In this document: positions 55,487 to 64,000 of the stretch, one piece after another
Numbering within the stretch: position 1 is the stretch's first letter
Layout of the letters: the number at the start of each line of letters is the position of its first letter
Assembly: GCA_004556925.1 (NCBI GenBank)
Contig: SFFI01000010.1
Location: forward strand, 8,512-72,511
Direction: 5' to 3'
Length of the DNA: 64,000 bases
Source of the DNA: Clostridiales bacterium
GTDB taxonomy: Bacteria > Bacillota > Clostridia > Saccharofermentanales > DTU023
The notes under the pieces: generated by a model
What the model was told of the DNA's origin: nothing
The model's input: only the letters and a program-made list of their open reading frames with translations
Databases searched by the model: none
Made by a program: the position numbers and the translations under genes

Positions 55487-55659
55487 TTATTTCGACTTTC
55501 TAGGATTTCAGACAATTTTACAAGTAATGGAGGCGTTTAGGCGGCCCAAGCACCCATTAATTGTAGAACTGCCCTCGATCCCACCCATTAGTTGAAAACT
55601 TGCCTGGTAGCCCACCCATTAGCTGAAATTTTGCCGGAGAATCTGGAAATCCCAAGTAG
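55487..55659 (+). repeat. dispersed ~180-bp intergenic element, copy B
   Basis: It aligns with 44634-44818. Sub-repeats lie at 55551, 55581 and 55611. Its terminal motif AATCTGGAAAtccCAAGTAGC is also found upstream at 55428-55450. Confidence 0.8.
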
Positions 55660-55920
55660 CATAGCCCTCTGGCCACCCACTACTCACAAATATGCATATC
55701 TATGGACAGTCCCCCATTGGGTACAAAAGCTCAGCAGAGTGTAAGGCTGAATTCACAATAGATTTTACTATATGACTAAATCCCGCTTCCTTTGGTGGGG
55801 AACTACTTATTCACTTTAGCCCGGGTGGGCCTTGTGGCTTAAGCTCTTGCAGGTACTTTGGCAATTTGCTAATATAAACAAGTTCAGCAAAGTTAACACC
55901 TTGCCCAAATTACATTCTTT

Positions 55921-55996
55921 GCGGGATTAACTCAGTTGGTAGAGTGTCACCTTCCCAAGGTGAAAGTCGCGAGTTCGAGCCTCGTATCCCGCTCCA
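55921..55996 (+). tRNA. tRNA-Gly (CCC)
   Basis: GCGGGATTAACTCAGTTGGTAGAGTGTCACCTTCCCAAGGTGAAAGTCGCGAGTTCGAGCCTCGTATCCCGCTCCA. Confidence 0.95.
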
Positions 55997-56001
55997 CTTT
56001 T

Positions 56002-56028
56002 GACCGCTGCTACAGCGGTCTTTTTTTT
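56002..56028 (+). terminator. intrinsic terminator after tRNA-Gly(CCC)
   Basis: GACCGCTG-cta-CAGCGGTC followed by T8. Confidence 0.9.
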
Positions 56029-56160
56029 GCGCCTTTTCTTTCAATCAGATCCGGAGGGGAGGTGAATCGAATTTTCCTTGTTCATATGCCTGCAAGAAAT
56101 GTTATCCTTATATTGTTAGGCTTTAACATAATCCATCAAAGAGCAAAGGAGTAATGTAGT

Positions 56161-57126
56161 ATGGAGTTTAATAAAGTTGTTGTAATGGGTGGCGGCGTAT
56201 TAGGTTCACAAATTGCCCTGATGAGCGCCTATACAGGACATGACACGACTATTTGGATGCGCAGTGAAGGATCTATTGAGAGAACCAAGCCCAAGCTGGC
56301 CGGTTACAGCGCCATGATGATCCAATCTCTAGAGCAAGCCCGTAAAATGTTGGGCAACCCTCTGGGTGCTTTTGTTTATCCCAAGGGCCTCATTAAGGAT
56401 TGGGCTGGGATGACAGAAGAAAAAATTGACGACCTAATTCAGCAGGTCAAAGATACCGCTGACAATAATCTCCATTTGGAGCTGGATATGGCCAAGGCTT
56501 TAGCTGGCGCGGATATCGTCATTGAAAGCATGTCAGAAGATCCCCAGGCCAAAATTGATCTGTACGAGAAGATGAAAGATGTGATGGATGAAAAAACCAT
56601 CCTCTGCACGAACTCCTCCACTTTACTGCCCTCTACTTTTGCTGACCATACCGGTCGTCCTGCCCAATACATGGCCTTGCACTTTGCCAATGAAATCTGG
56701 AAGCACAACACTGCGGAATGCATGGGACATGCAGGCACTGCCCCTGAGGTTTACGATGCAGTTGTAAGATTTGCTGAAGAGATCAATATGGTCCCGATTA
56801 AACTGCACAAAGAGCAGCCAGCCTATGTTCTCAACTCACTCTTGGTCCCCCTCTTGGATGCTGCCCAGCAGCTGTGGGGCAAGGGTGTAGCAGATCCTGA
56901 AACCATCGACTTGACCTGGCGTTTGGCTACGGGTGCTCCTGCTGGTCCTTTCCAGATTATGGACGTTGTAGGCCTAGAAACGGTTTACAATATCCTCATG
57001 ATGAAACCTGATACCCAGGATCCCGAGTCCGTGAACCACAAGATCGCCGCTATGATCAAGGAAAAAATTGACAAGGGAGAACTGGGTATCAACTCTGGCA
57101 AGGGTTTCTATGATTATAAAAAGTAG
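56161..57126 (+). CDS. 3-hydroxyacyl-CoA dehydrogenase family protein
   Basis: N-terminal Rossmann VVVMGGGVLGSQIA, with a C-terminal dimerisation domain of typical length (321 aa). Confidence 0.75.
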   Translation: MEFNKVVVMGGGVLGSQIALMSAYTGHDTTIWMRSEGSIERTKPKLAGYSAMMIQSLEQARKMLGNPLGAFVYPKGLIKDWAGMTEEKIDDLIQQVKDTADNNLHLELDMAKALAGADIVIESMSEDPQAKIDLYEKMKDVMDEKTILCTNSSTLLPSTFADHTGRPAQYMALHFANEIWKHNTAECMGHAGTAPEVYDAVVRFAEEINMVPIKLHKEQPAYVLNSLLVPLLDAAQQLWGKGVADPETIDLTWRLATGAPAGPFQIMDVVGLETVYNILMMKPDTQDPESVNHKIAAMIKEKIDKGELGINSGKGFYDYKK

Positions 57127-57163
57127 ACCCTAGCCTGACCCAAGGCATCATATTGCAAGTAAA

Positions 57164-57195
57164 AACCGACGGATGACTATCCGCCGGTTTTTTTA
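57164..57195 (+). terminator. intrinsic terminator
   Basis: AACCGaCGGAT-gact-ATCCGcCGGTT followed by TTTTTT. Confidence 0.75.
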
Positions 57196-57247
57196 TCTAG
57201 GGTGCTCATAAAAGCTAGCTGTCGATTTCCAGGGAACCCACTTAAAA

Positions 57248-57856
57248 CTAGCTGTCAAAGTCTGATAATAGTTCCTGGTTTTGCGGTAAATCAATGACTT
57301 CGGAGTAAACCTCTGTATAGACCTCTTCAATTGCCTCCTGCAAGACATCTGGCAGGACTTCTTCAGATATTTTCTGGGGAGAGCTGGCCAGAACGTGCAT
57401 GGGGATAGGGTCGGTATCTGGTCGAACTGCTGGCATGGCGTAGGGCAGGTCGAGGATTTGAAAGCCACAACTCTGGTGAAACTTGAGGCGTTTCTTAGCC
57501 GTCTCGGTATGGGGGAGCTCAGACTCAAACAAAATGGCTTTGTTGAGCGCCATGCGAAAATGCCGCATAAAGGCGCCACCCAGCCCCTGTCCGCGGAGCT
57601 CAGGGGATACAGCTAGATATTCAATAAAATAAAAGTCCTGCATTTTGTGGGTGATTAAGACCAGGGCGAGTTTGTCTTGTTCGTATTTTAGGAGCCAGGT
57701 CTCAGATTGTTCTTCCCGGAGATGGTCTGCCATGACCTCTTTTGCATAGAGTTCTTCTCTAGGAAAAGAACGTATGAGCAGCTGCCACACTTGTGGGAAA
57801 TCGCTGTCTTTGTATTTTTCTACTTGATAGGTGCGATGATGGTGAAATTCGCGCAT
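57248..57856 (-). CDS. GNAT family acetyltransferase
   Basis: RGQGLGGAFMRHF acetyl-CoA loop. ATG 57856 follows AAGGAG; the longer listed ORF has no ribosome-binding site. Confidence 0.7.
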   Translation of the reverse strand: MREFHHHRTYQVEKYKDSDFPQVWQLLIRSFPREELYAKEVMADHLREEQSETWLLKYEQDKLALVLITHKMQDFYFIEYLAVSPELRGQGLGGAFMRHFRMALNKAILFESELPHTETAKKRLKFHQSCGFQILDLPYAMPAVRPDTDPIPMHVLASSPQKISEEVLPDVLQEAIEEVYTEVYSEVIDLPQNQELLSDFDS

Positions 57857-58108
57857 AAAATAATTCTCCTTGCCTTTTACGATAAGCCAGGACCAATAAT
57901 TTTGTCTAGGTCCATGAAGCCGGGTCTTAGCCATAGGGAGACGTTTGGTGGAAAAAGAGGAGAAATTATTTTGCCCTTTCTACTTTCCCCTTAGCGATTA
58001 ATACGATTAATGCTAGTATAAAGAAAAGTTTGTTTGTGACTGATCATGATGAGCAAGAAAATGATCAACAAGAGCAATAAAGCAATAAGAAGAAAGTAGG
58101 GTAAATTT

Positions 58109-59383
58109 ATGACAACACTCAGCCGTGACCACGACAGCGAAATGCTCCGATATGCCTTGGACTATTTTGCAGACTACATTTCCTATGACACCACTTCGGA
58201 CCCGCATAACCCCGACTGCCCCTCCAACCCTAGGATTTTTGACCTGGCCCGCAAAATCGTCCAAGACTTGGAGGCCCTGGGTCTGGAAGCACGCGTAGAT
58301 GACCACGCATATGTATATGCAACCCTGCCTGGCAACACCCCAGCGCGCTATAGCCTAGGCTTGATTTCCCATATGGATACCTCGCCTGATATGAGCGGGG
58401 CAAATATCAAGGCCCGTCGTCTCAACTACACAGGAGACCCTGTGGTCTTAAATGCTGACCATCCAGACTATAAGGAGGGCAAGGAGGAAGCGATCCTTTT
58501 GGACGAAGCCACCTTCCCTGGCCTAAGTGATTTACGGGGTCAGGACTTAGTGGTGACAGATGGCCATAGCCTGCTTGGTGCAGATGACAAGGCTGGAATT
58601 TCCGAAATCATGGCTCTGGTCAAATACCTGGTGAAACACCCAGAAATTCCACATGGCGATATCCAAGTCGCTTTTACGCCGGACGAAGAAATTGGCCGAG
58701 GAGCAGACCTCTTTGATGTGGAAGGTTTTGGCGCTGACCTGGCCTTTACCATGGACGGGTCCAAGCTGGGTGAGATGGAGTGTGAGAATTTCAATGCGGC
58801 CTCTGCAAGAATTATGGTGCAGGGCCGTAGTGTCCACCCAGGTTCAGCTAAAGACCAGATGCGTAATGCCTTGACCCTGGCCGCGGAATTTATTTTGGCC
58901 ATGCCTGAGCAAGAAAAGCCAGAATACACAGAGCATTACGAAGGCTTTTACCACCTAACAGATGTTCAAGGTAGTGTAGAGCACGCCCAGCTGGACTACA
59001 TCATTCGTGACTTTGATAAGGAAAACTTTGCCCACCGCAAGCAATTTATGCAAGATCTTGTGGACCGCTTGAATGCGGAAAAAGGCGACAAGATTTTCAG
59101 CATTGCGCTTAAGGACTCTTACTTCAATATGAAAGAAAAGATTGAGCCTTATGCTTTTATGTTGGATTATGCCCGCGAAGCGATGGCGGAATGTGGAATT
59201 GAGACCTTAGAAGTGCCCATTCGGGGCGGCACAGACGGAGCCCAGCTTTCGTATAAGGGGCTGCCTTGTCCCAACCTTTTTGTGGGTGGGGATAACTTCC
59301 ACGGCCGCTATGAATACTTGGTAGTTCCTACGATGGAGAAGGCCTGCCAGCTGCTGGTTCAGCTCGTGCAGAAATTTATTTAA
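58109..59383 (+). CDS. pepT: peptidase T (tripeptide aminopeptidase, M20B)
   Basis: ISHMDTSPD, LLGADDKAGI and FTPDEEIGRGA blocks. Confidence 0.9.
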   Translation: MTTLSRDHDSEMLRYALDYFADYISYDTTSDPHNPDCPSNPRIFDLARKIVQDLEALGLEARVDDHAYVYATLPGNTPARYSLGLISHMDTSPDMSGANIKARRLNYTGDPVVLNADHPDYKEGKEEAILLDEATFPGLSDLRGQDLVVTDGHSLLGADDKAGISEIMALVKYLVKHPEIPHGDIQVAFTPDEEIGRGADLFDVEGFGADLAFTMDGSKLGEMECENFNAASARIMVQGRSVHPGSAKDQMRNALTLAAEFILAMPEQEKPEYTEHYEGFYHLTDVQGSVEHAQLDYIIRDFDKENFAHRKQFMQDLVDRLNAEKGDKIFSIALKDSYFNMKEKIEPYAFMLDYAREAMAECGIETLEVPIRGGTDGAQLSYKGLPCPNLFVGGDNFHGRYEYLVVPTMEKACQLLVQLVQKFI

Positions 59384-59420
59384 GGACAGGACAGACGCTG
59401 GATTACTTATAGCAACTTGC

Positions 59421-61166
59421 TTATGCCAGGCTGCTGAGGATGGCTTCGGCGACCCTCATGCCGTCGATCGCCGAAGAAACAATTCCTCCGGCATAGCCTG
59501 CCCCCTCTCCTGTGGGATAAAGACCGGGAAAACCCAAGGCCTGGAGGCTGGTTTTATCCCGTAAGAGGCGGAGGGGAGAGGAGGATCTGGCTTCCACACC
59601 GGTGAGCAGGGCTGAGGCCTGGTCAAAACCGGGCAGCTGCTGGCCGAGATGCTCGAGGCCTTCCTTGAGCGCAAGATAAAGGCTGGCCGGCAAGAGGTCG
59701 TGAAGGGGGGCGGGGACGGTTTGCGGCCCTGCACTCCCCCGATAGTCGCCCAGACTTGGGCGGCTAGATTTTTCCTTGAAGTCAGACCAGCTCTCAACCG
59801 GAACTGTGAAGGGAAGTGGAGGCCCTTGGAGGTTGCTAACGCTTTGCCCCAGCATGTAAGCCTTAGCCTCCAGTGCCTCTTGAAAGGCCAAACCCGCTAG
59901 GGCTTCTGTGCCAAAATCTTCCGGCCCCACGCTGGTGAGCAGGGCGGAGTTGGCGTAGGGGAGATTCCTGGCATGGTAGGACATACCGTTAACACAGAGC
60001 CGGCCCGGTTCGGAGGAGGCATTGACCACTAAGCCGCCCGGGCACATGCAGAAAGTGTAAACTGCGCGCCCGGTGGAAGCGGACCGGGTTTTGAGCTGAT
60101 AGGAAGCTGGAGGCAGGCTGGATAAGTCCTCGGGGGCGGGGGCATGGCCTAGGGCCAAGGGGGCTGCTTGGTGGTAGCGACCTTGATTAATGAGGCTTTG
60201 GGGATGCTCAATCCGGAGGCCCACAGCAAAGGGTTTGCCTGTCATCGCTAGGCCAAACTGCTGGAGCTGCTTAAAGAGGAGGCGGGAGGAGTGCCCTAGG
60301 GCAAGCACGAGGACCTTTGATGTTAAGACTGTATTGAGCCCAGGGTTTGGCATTTCGCAACTTTGCCCCTGGTGGCGGGGTACTTCTTGACTGGTATCTC
60401 TACACCTTAAGTGGTATTTCCCCGCAAGATAATCCAGGGCAGTCACTTGGGTATGAAAGTGAAAGCTTGCGCCCCAGGACTCCATCGTCTGGCGCATCCG
60501 GGGGACAATTCTTTGCATGAGGTCTGTTCCCACATGAGGATATTGGCGGTAGAGAATGTCTGCTGGCGCTCCCTGGTCTACTAAAAGTTCTAAATAGGCC
60601 CGCTGCCTGGGATCTTTAGACCGCGAGGTGAGTTTGCCATCAGAGAAAGTGCCGGCCCCGCCCTCCCCAAATTGCACGTTGGAACTAGGGCTAAGTTCCC
60701 CCGTCTCCCACAAGTGCTGGACAGTGTTAGCCCGGTCTGTAACCTCCTGGCCTTGCTCTAAGACGATCGGCCGGAGGCCTGCTAGGGCTAAACCGTAAGC
60801 GGCCATAAGGCCAGCGGGCCCGCTACCTACTACAAGGGGCCGGTCCAGATTCCTGCTTATGAGGCCAGCCGCGGCCTGGCGGATTTTGCCTTCCCAATCC
60901 ATAAGACCAGGAAGGTTTTGCCAAGCCACATCCTTGAGTCGCAGCTTTTGACTGGACACGTACTTGGTCAAGTCTGGCCCGAGAGCCAGACTGTAGTGAT
61001 ACATGAAGGGGGCTTTCCTCGCATCCAAGGACTGGCCTTCGATTTCATAATCTAATACAGGCCAGGCTAGCGGGTCCAGGCCCAGCTTTTTGCACAGAGC
61101 CTGGTCCAGGTCAGCCCGGCTATGGCCCAGGCCCAACTTAAGCTTTGTCACTAGCAGTTTTTTCAT
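59421..61166 (-). CDS. FAD-dependent oxidoreductase of the uncharacterised COG2509 type
   Basis: VVGSGPAGLMAAYGLA GxGxxG motif and a C-terminal GLYPTGEGAGYAGGIVSSAIDG block. Start set at MKKLLVT (61166). Confidence 0.7.
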   Translation of the reverse strand: MKKLLVTKLKLGLGHSRADLDQALCKKLGLDPLAWPVLDYEIEGQSLDARKAPFMYHYSLALGPDLTKYVSSQKLRLKDVAWQNLPGLMDWEGKIRQAAAGLISRNLDRPLVVGSGPAGLMAAYGLALAGLRPIVLEQGQEVTDRANTVQHLWETGELSPSSNVQFGEGGAGTFSDGKLTSRSKDPRQRAYLELLVDQGAPADILYRQYPHVGTDLMQRIVPRMRQTMESWGASFHFHTQVTALDYLAGKYHLRCRDTSQEVPRHQGQSCEMPNPGLNTVLTSKVLVLALGHSSRLLFKQLQQFGLAMTGKPFAVGLRIEHPQSLINQGRYHQAAPLALGHAPAPEDLSSLPPASYQLKTRSASTGRAVYTFCMCPGGLVVNASSEPGRLCVNGMSYHARNLPYANSALLTSVGPEDFGTEALAGLAFQEALEAKAYMLGQSVSNLQGPPLPFTVPVESWSDFKEKSSRPSLGDYRGSAGPQTVPAPLHDLLPASLYLALKEGLEHLGQQLPGFDQASALLTGVEARSSSPLRLLRDKTSLQALGFPGLYPTGEGAGYAGGIVSSAIDGMRVAEAILSSLA

Positions 61167-61322
61167 GTCTTCATTATGGCATGTGGAGCCAGAGCCTGCA
61201 CTCATCTGCACACAATATATACATTGTGTGCCTGCCTTAGTGCCCATACATGGCGTACTTGGGCTTAAACTGTTAAAATGATGAATATTCTATATTCCAT
61301 TCCGCGCTAGGAGGAGGCCCTC

Positions 61323-62906
61323 TTGTCAGTTTTAAGAGAAAAAGTTAGGGAAGTTATTGCCTCTGTCCTGCCGGTCAGCCTATTTGTTGTGATTTTGCAG
61401 CTCATATTTCACCCTTTGAGCAGCCTGCAATTTGGACAGTTTATCTTTGCTGCCCTGGTCCTTGTAGTGGGCTTGTCCATTTTCTTGCTGGGCATTGATA
61501 TCTCCATAACACCCATGGGAAGGTCGCTTTCCGCAGGTATTGTACGGCGGTCCCGCCTGTCTGGTATCCTAGCCGCCGCATTTGCCATGGGCTTTCTGAT
61601 CAATATTGCAGAACCAGACCTCATGATCCTGGTGCGGAATATTGAAAGCCTGACCCAGGGGGTTATCGGCTATAAGCAGTTGATTGTGGCAGTTTCCGTA
61701 GGCGTAGGCATCATGGTTATGTTTGGCTTCCTCCGCCTGATTAAACACCTACAACTAAAGTATATTTACCTCATCGTTTACGGCCTGATTTTTATCCTAG
61801 CCGTCTTTAGTCCTATAGAATATTTGGCCCTGGCCTTTGACTCCTGTGGGGCTACCACAGGGGCGATTACTACGCCCTTCCTGTTGGCCTTGGCCCTGGG
61901 TTTGTCTGCAGTTACCCACGATGCCAAACGCGATGGGTCCGAATCTTTTGGCCTGGTGGGGATGGCATCTTCTGGAGCGGTTGTGGCGGTCCTCCTAATG
62001 GGGATCATGTCCGGTGGCTCGGAACTGAATGGCCAATTAAGTTTTCCAGAACCGAGCGAAGACTTTTTTGCACCTTTTATCCACGCAATCTCCCCCATGT
62101 TCAAGGCTGCCCTCATGGCTATTTTGCCCCTGGCAATCATTTTCTTTGTCATTAACAGCTTCACGAAGGAAACCCGAAGACGGGATTATAGCAGGATTAT
62201 TGTCGGCCTCATTTACTGTATCTTAGGGCTCAGTATTTTTACCGTCGGCGTGGAGGGCGGTTTTATGTTGTCCGGCCACCTGATTGCCATGCATATCGTC
62301 CAGGAGTTCCAAGTCTGGTACCTCCTGCCTTTGGGCTTTTTCCTAGGGATGACAACAGTCTTGGCAGAGCCTGCGGTACAAGTTTTAACCAAGCAGGTCC
62401 AAAAGCAAACGGCTGGGGCGATCTCCCGCAAGTTAGTCATGATTTTCCTGGCTGCCGGGGTCGCCTTAGCGGTAGCCCTCGCCATGTTACGGATTTTAGT
62501 GCCGGGCTTAGAGCTCTGGTATATTCTGCTGCCAGCCTATATAATCGCCGTGGCTTTGACCTTTGTCACAGGCGACCTCTTTACCGGTATTGCCTTTGAC
62601 TCGGGTGGCGTGGTGTCTGGTCCGATGACCGCAACCTTTGTCCTGGCCTTTGCCCAAGGTGCGGCCTACGCCGTAGACCCCACAACAGTGATACGTAATG
62701 GCTATGGAGTTATTGCCCTAGTTGCCACCTCCCCCTTGCTGGCCTTGCAGATACTAGGACTTATCTATATGGCGAAAGCAAAAAAAGAAGCCCAGCTTGC
62801 GGTGGGAACCCAATTAGAGGAAACGGGACCCCAGGCGGAAATAGGGGCAGAGGCAAAGACCAATCATCATCAGGAGGCAGAACATGTCCATGACCGATCA
62901 AACTAA
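61323..62906 (+). CDS. membrane protein with two DUF1538-like halves
   Basis: 527 aa, about 12 TMs. AFDSCGATTGAITTPF in the first half and AFDSGGVVSGPMTATF in the second match my memory of the DUF1538 signature. Confidence 0.6.
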   Translation: MSVLREKVREVIASVLPVSLFVVILQLIFHPLSSLQFGQFIFAALVLVVGLSIFLLGIDISITPMGRSLSAGIVRRSRLSGILAAAFAMGFLINIAEPDLMILVRNIESLTQGVIGYKQLIVAVSVGVGIMVMFGFLRLIKHLQLKYIYLIVYGLIFILAVFSPIEYLALAFDSCGATTGAITTPFLLALALGLSAVTHDAKRDGSESFGLVGMASSGAVVAVLLMGIMSGGSELNGQLSFPEPSEDFFAPFIHAISPMFKAALMAILPLAIIFFVINSFTKETRRRDYSRIIVGLIYCILGLSIFTVGVEGGFMLSGHLIAMHIVQEFQVWYLLPLGFFLGMTTVLAEPAVQVLTKQVQKQTAGAISRKLVMIFLAAGVALAVALAMLRILVPGLELWYILLPAYIIAVALTFVTGDLFTGIAFDSGGVVSGPMTATFVLAFAQGAAYAVDPTTVIRNGYGVIALVATSPLLALQILGLIYMAKAKKEAQLAVGTQLEETGPQAEIGAEAKTNHHQEAEHVHDRSN

Positions 62907-63594
62907 TGACCAAGAAACCCTGTCTGCCTTTGAGACAAACTACGAACTCTTACTTTTTATCCTGCCCCAGAATAAATCGGCTGGACTCGTGGATTATGTC
63001 AGAAAAGAAGTCCATACGGGGGTAAGCGTATTTTTAGGCTCCGGTACCAAACCCGGCAAATTCCTCCGCCTCTTTGGCCTCAATGAGGTTCACCGAGATG
63101 TGGTCATGATTATCCAGACCCATGACCAGGTAGAAAAAATCCTAAACTTAGCGAGGACCAAACTGGAGTTGCATAAACCCGGACATGGTATTGCCTTTAC
63201 CATACCGCTGCAGTATCTGGCAGGCTTCCCTTCACAAAATCCTGGTGCCTCGCTTAAGGAAAAGCCCTTGGATTACAGTGGTGTCCAATATGCCGCCCTC
63301 TGCTGCATCTTGGATGAGGGCTTGGGCGAGGAAGCTGTAACTGTGGCAGAAAGCGCAGGTGCGCAAGGGGCGACTATCCTGGAAGCCAAGGGGGCTGGCC
63401 AAGCCTCCAGTCTGATTTTTGAATTTAATATTGAACCTCAGAAGGACTTCCTCCTCATGATCCTTAAAACAGACCTTTTGGACCAGGTTGAGGACGCCTT
63501 AGACCAGCATTTCACCATGGAAAACGAGAATACGGGGATTCAGTTTGCCTACCCCGTGACCCGAGTGGTGGGTCTTTACGAGCAGGAGAAATAG
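62884..63594 (+). CDS. protein with two P-II-like (beta-alpha-beta) halves
   Basis: 236 aa. Each half has the pattern hydrophobic strand, helix, G-x-T/S-hydrophobic, G-x-G loop (..GVSVFLGSGTKPG.. and ..GATILEAKGAGQ..). It overlaps the DUF1538 gene by 23 nt. AGGAGG lies upstream. Confidence 0.5.
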   Translation: MSMTDQTNDQETLSAFETNYELLLFILPQNKSAGLVDYVRKEVHTGVSVFLGSGTKPGKFLRLFGLNEVHRDVVMIIQTHDQVEKILNLARTKLELHKPGHGIAFTIPLQYLAGFPSQNPGASLKEKPLDYSGVQYAALCCILDEGLGEEAVTVAESAGAQGATILEAKGAGQASSLIFEFNIEPQKDFLLMILKTDLLDQVEDALDQHFTMENENTGIQFAYPVTRVVGLYEQEK

Positions 63595-63596
63595 CA

Positions 63597-63908
63597 ATGG
63601 ATCAAATATTACATGTCTTTATCCGTCCGGACCTCGTAGACGATTTGCTGAAGCTGGTAGAAGACCAAGGCTCTTGGGGGGCAACGATTTTACGGGGCCG
63701 CGGCTCTAGCCACCATCAAGAGCAGCGTTTTTTAAATGTGGCGATTGAGCGCCAGGTCTCCCTAGTGGTCCTCGTGGTAGACCAGGTCAAGATTTCTGGC
63801 CTCGTGGAAGCTCTTAAGGCGCACTTTGACTTTGACCAGGGTGGGGTAGGTTTGCTCTGCGCCCTGCCAGCCTATTCCGTCAGAGGGCTGGACCAACGGA
63901 GATCATAA
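63597..63908 (+). CDS. P-II-like small protein
   Basis: 103 aa with ILHVFIRPDLVDDLLKLVEDQGSWGATILRGRGSS. It starts 2 nt after the previous stop. Confidence 0.5.
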   Translation: MDQILHVFIRPDLVDDLLKLVEDQGSWGATILRGRGSSHHQEQRFLNVAIERQVSLVVLVVDQVKISGLVEALKAHFDFDQGGVGLLCALPAYSVRGLDQRRS

Positions 63909-63909
63909 C

Positions 63910-64000
63910 ATGGAGTTTCGTGTATTAACTTCTGCAGAAGTTGAATCTTTTCTAAGTGCTTCGAATGACTGGCTCTATAACCAGAGTCCTGCTTCCCTTG
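63910..64000 (+). CDS. start of a FemAB-like peptidoglycan branch aminoacyltransferase (3' end cut by window edge)
   Basis: MEFRVLTSAEVESFLSASNDWLYNQSPAS resembles Fem-family N-termini (LT..EF..F......Q). Only 30 codons are visible. Confidence 0.35.
   Translation, partial: MEFRVLTSAEVESFLSASNDWLYNQSPASL

Noticed and set aside
55936-56154. A 72-aa ORF.
   Set aside because: It starts inside tRNA-Gly(CCC) and runs through its terminator, so it is spurious.

Overview
This is a 64-kb chromosomal segment, about 50% GC, from a Gram-positive-type bacterium. Supporting signs are GGAGG-type ribosome-binding sites, lipobox lipoproteins, an OatA-like acyltransferase, a FemAB-like gene start and HelD; I cannot assign a species. 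Most of the window is housekeeping or transport: a sugar ABC operon, an Opp/Dpp/Nik-type ABC operon, peptidases (Xaa-Pro aminopeptidase, PepT), pyrimidine salvage (cdd, udk), mutY, a CDF metal exporter, a response regulator/ABC/histidine kinase module, and three tRNA genes. I found no integrase, transposase, CRISPR array or rRNA. The most unusual locus is a minus-strand cassette at 37.6-43.0 kb. There the nickel-chaperone genes hypB and hypA bracket, and are translationally coupled to, a 962-aa multi-cluster Fe-S flavoprotein, preceded by a second flavoprotein. No hydrogenase, urease, CODH or other known Ni-enzyme gene lies in the window. Other points worth follow-up: (1) at least two families of structured intergenic repeats, namely a 128-bp tandem array with relatives at 52.8-52.95 kb and a roughly 180-bp dispersed element at 44.6 and 55.5 kb; (2) a Lys/Ala/Thr-rich 54-bp-repeat protein coupled to cdd; (3) a MalF-type permease with a 270-aa coiled-coil extension; (4) a decayed tRNA-adjacent islet holding an orphan antitoxin, a toxin stub and a RhuM stub; (5) inverted near-identical tRNA-Gly paralogs; (6) two HTH-TPR (RNPP-like) regulators; (7) a DUF1538-type membrane protein with P-II-like partners. 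All functional calls rest on motif recognition by eye and memory of protein families; no database search was run.
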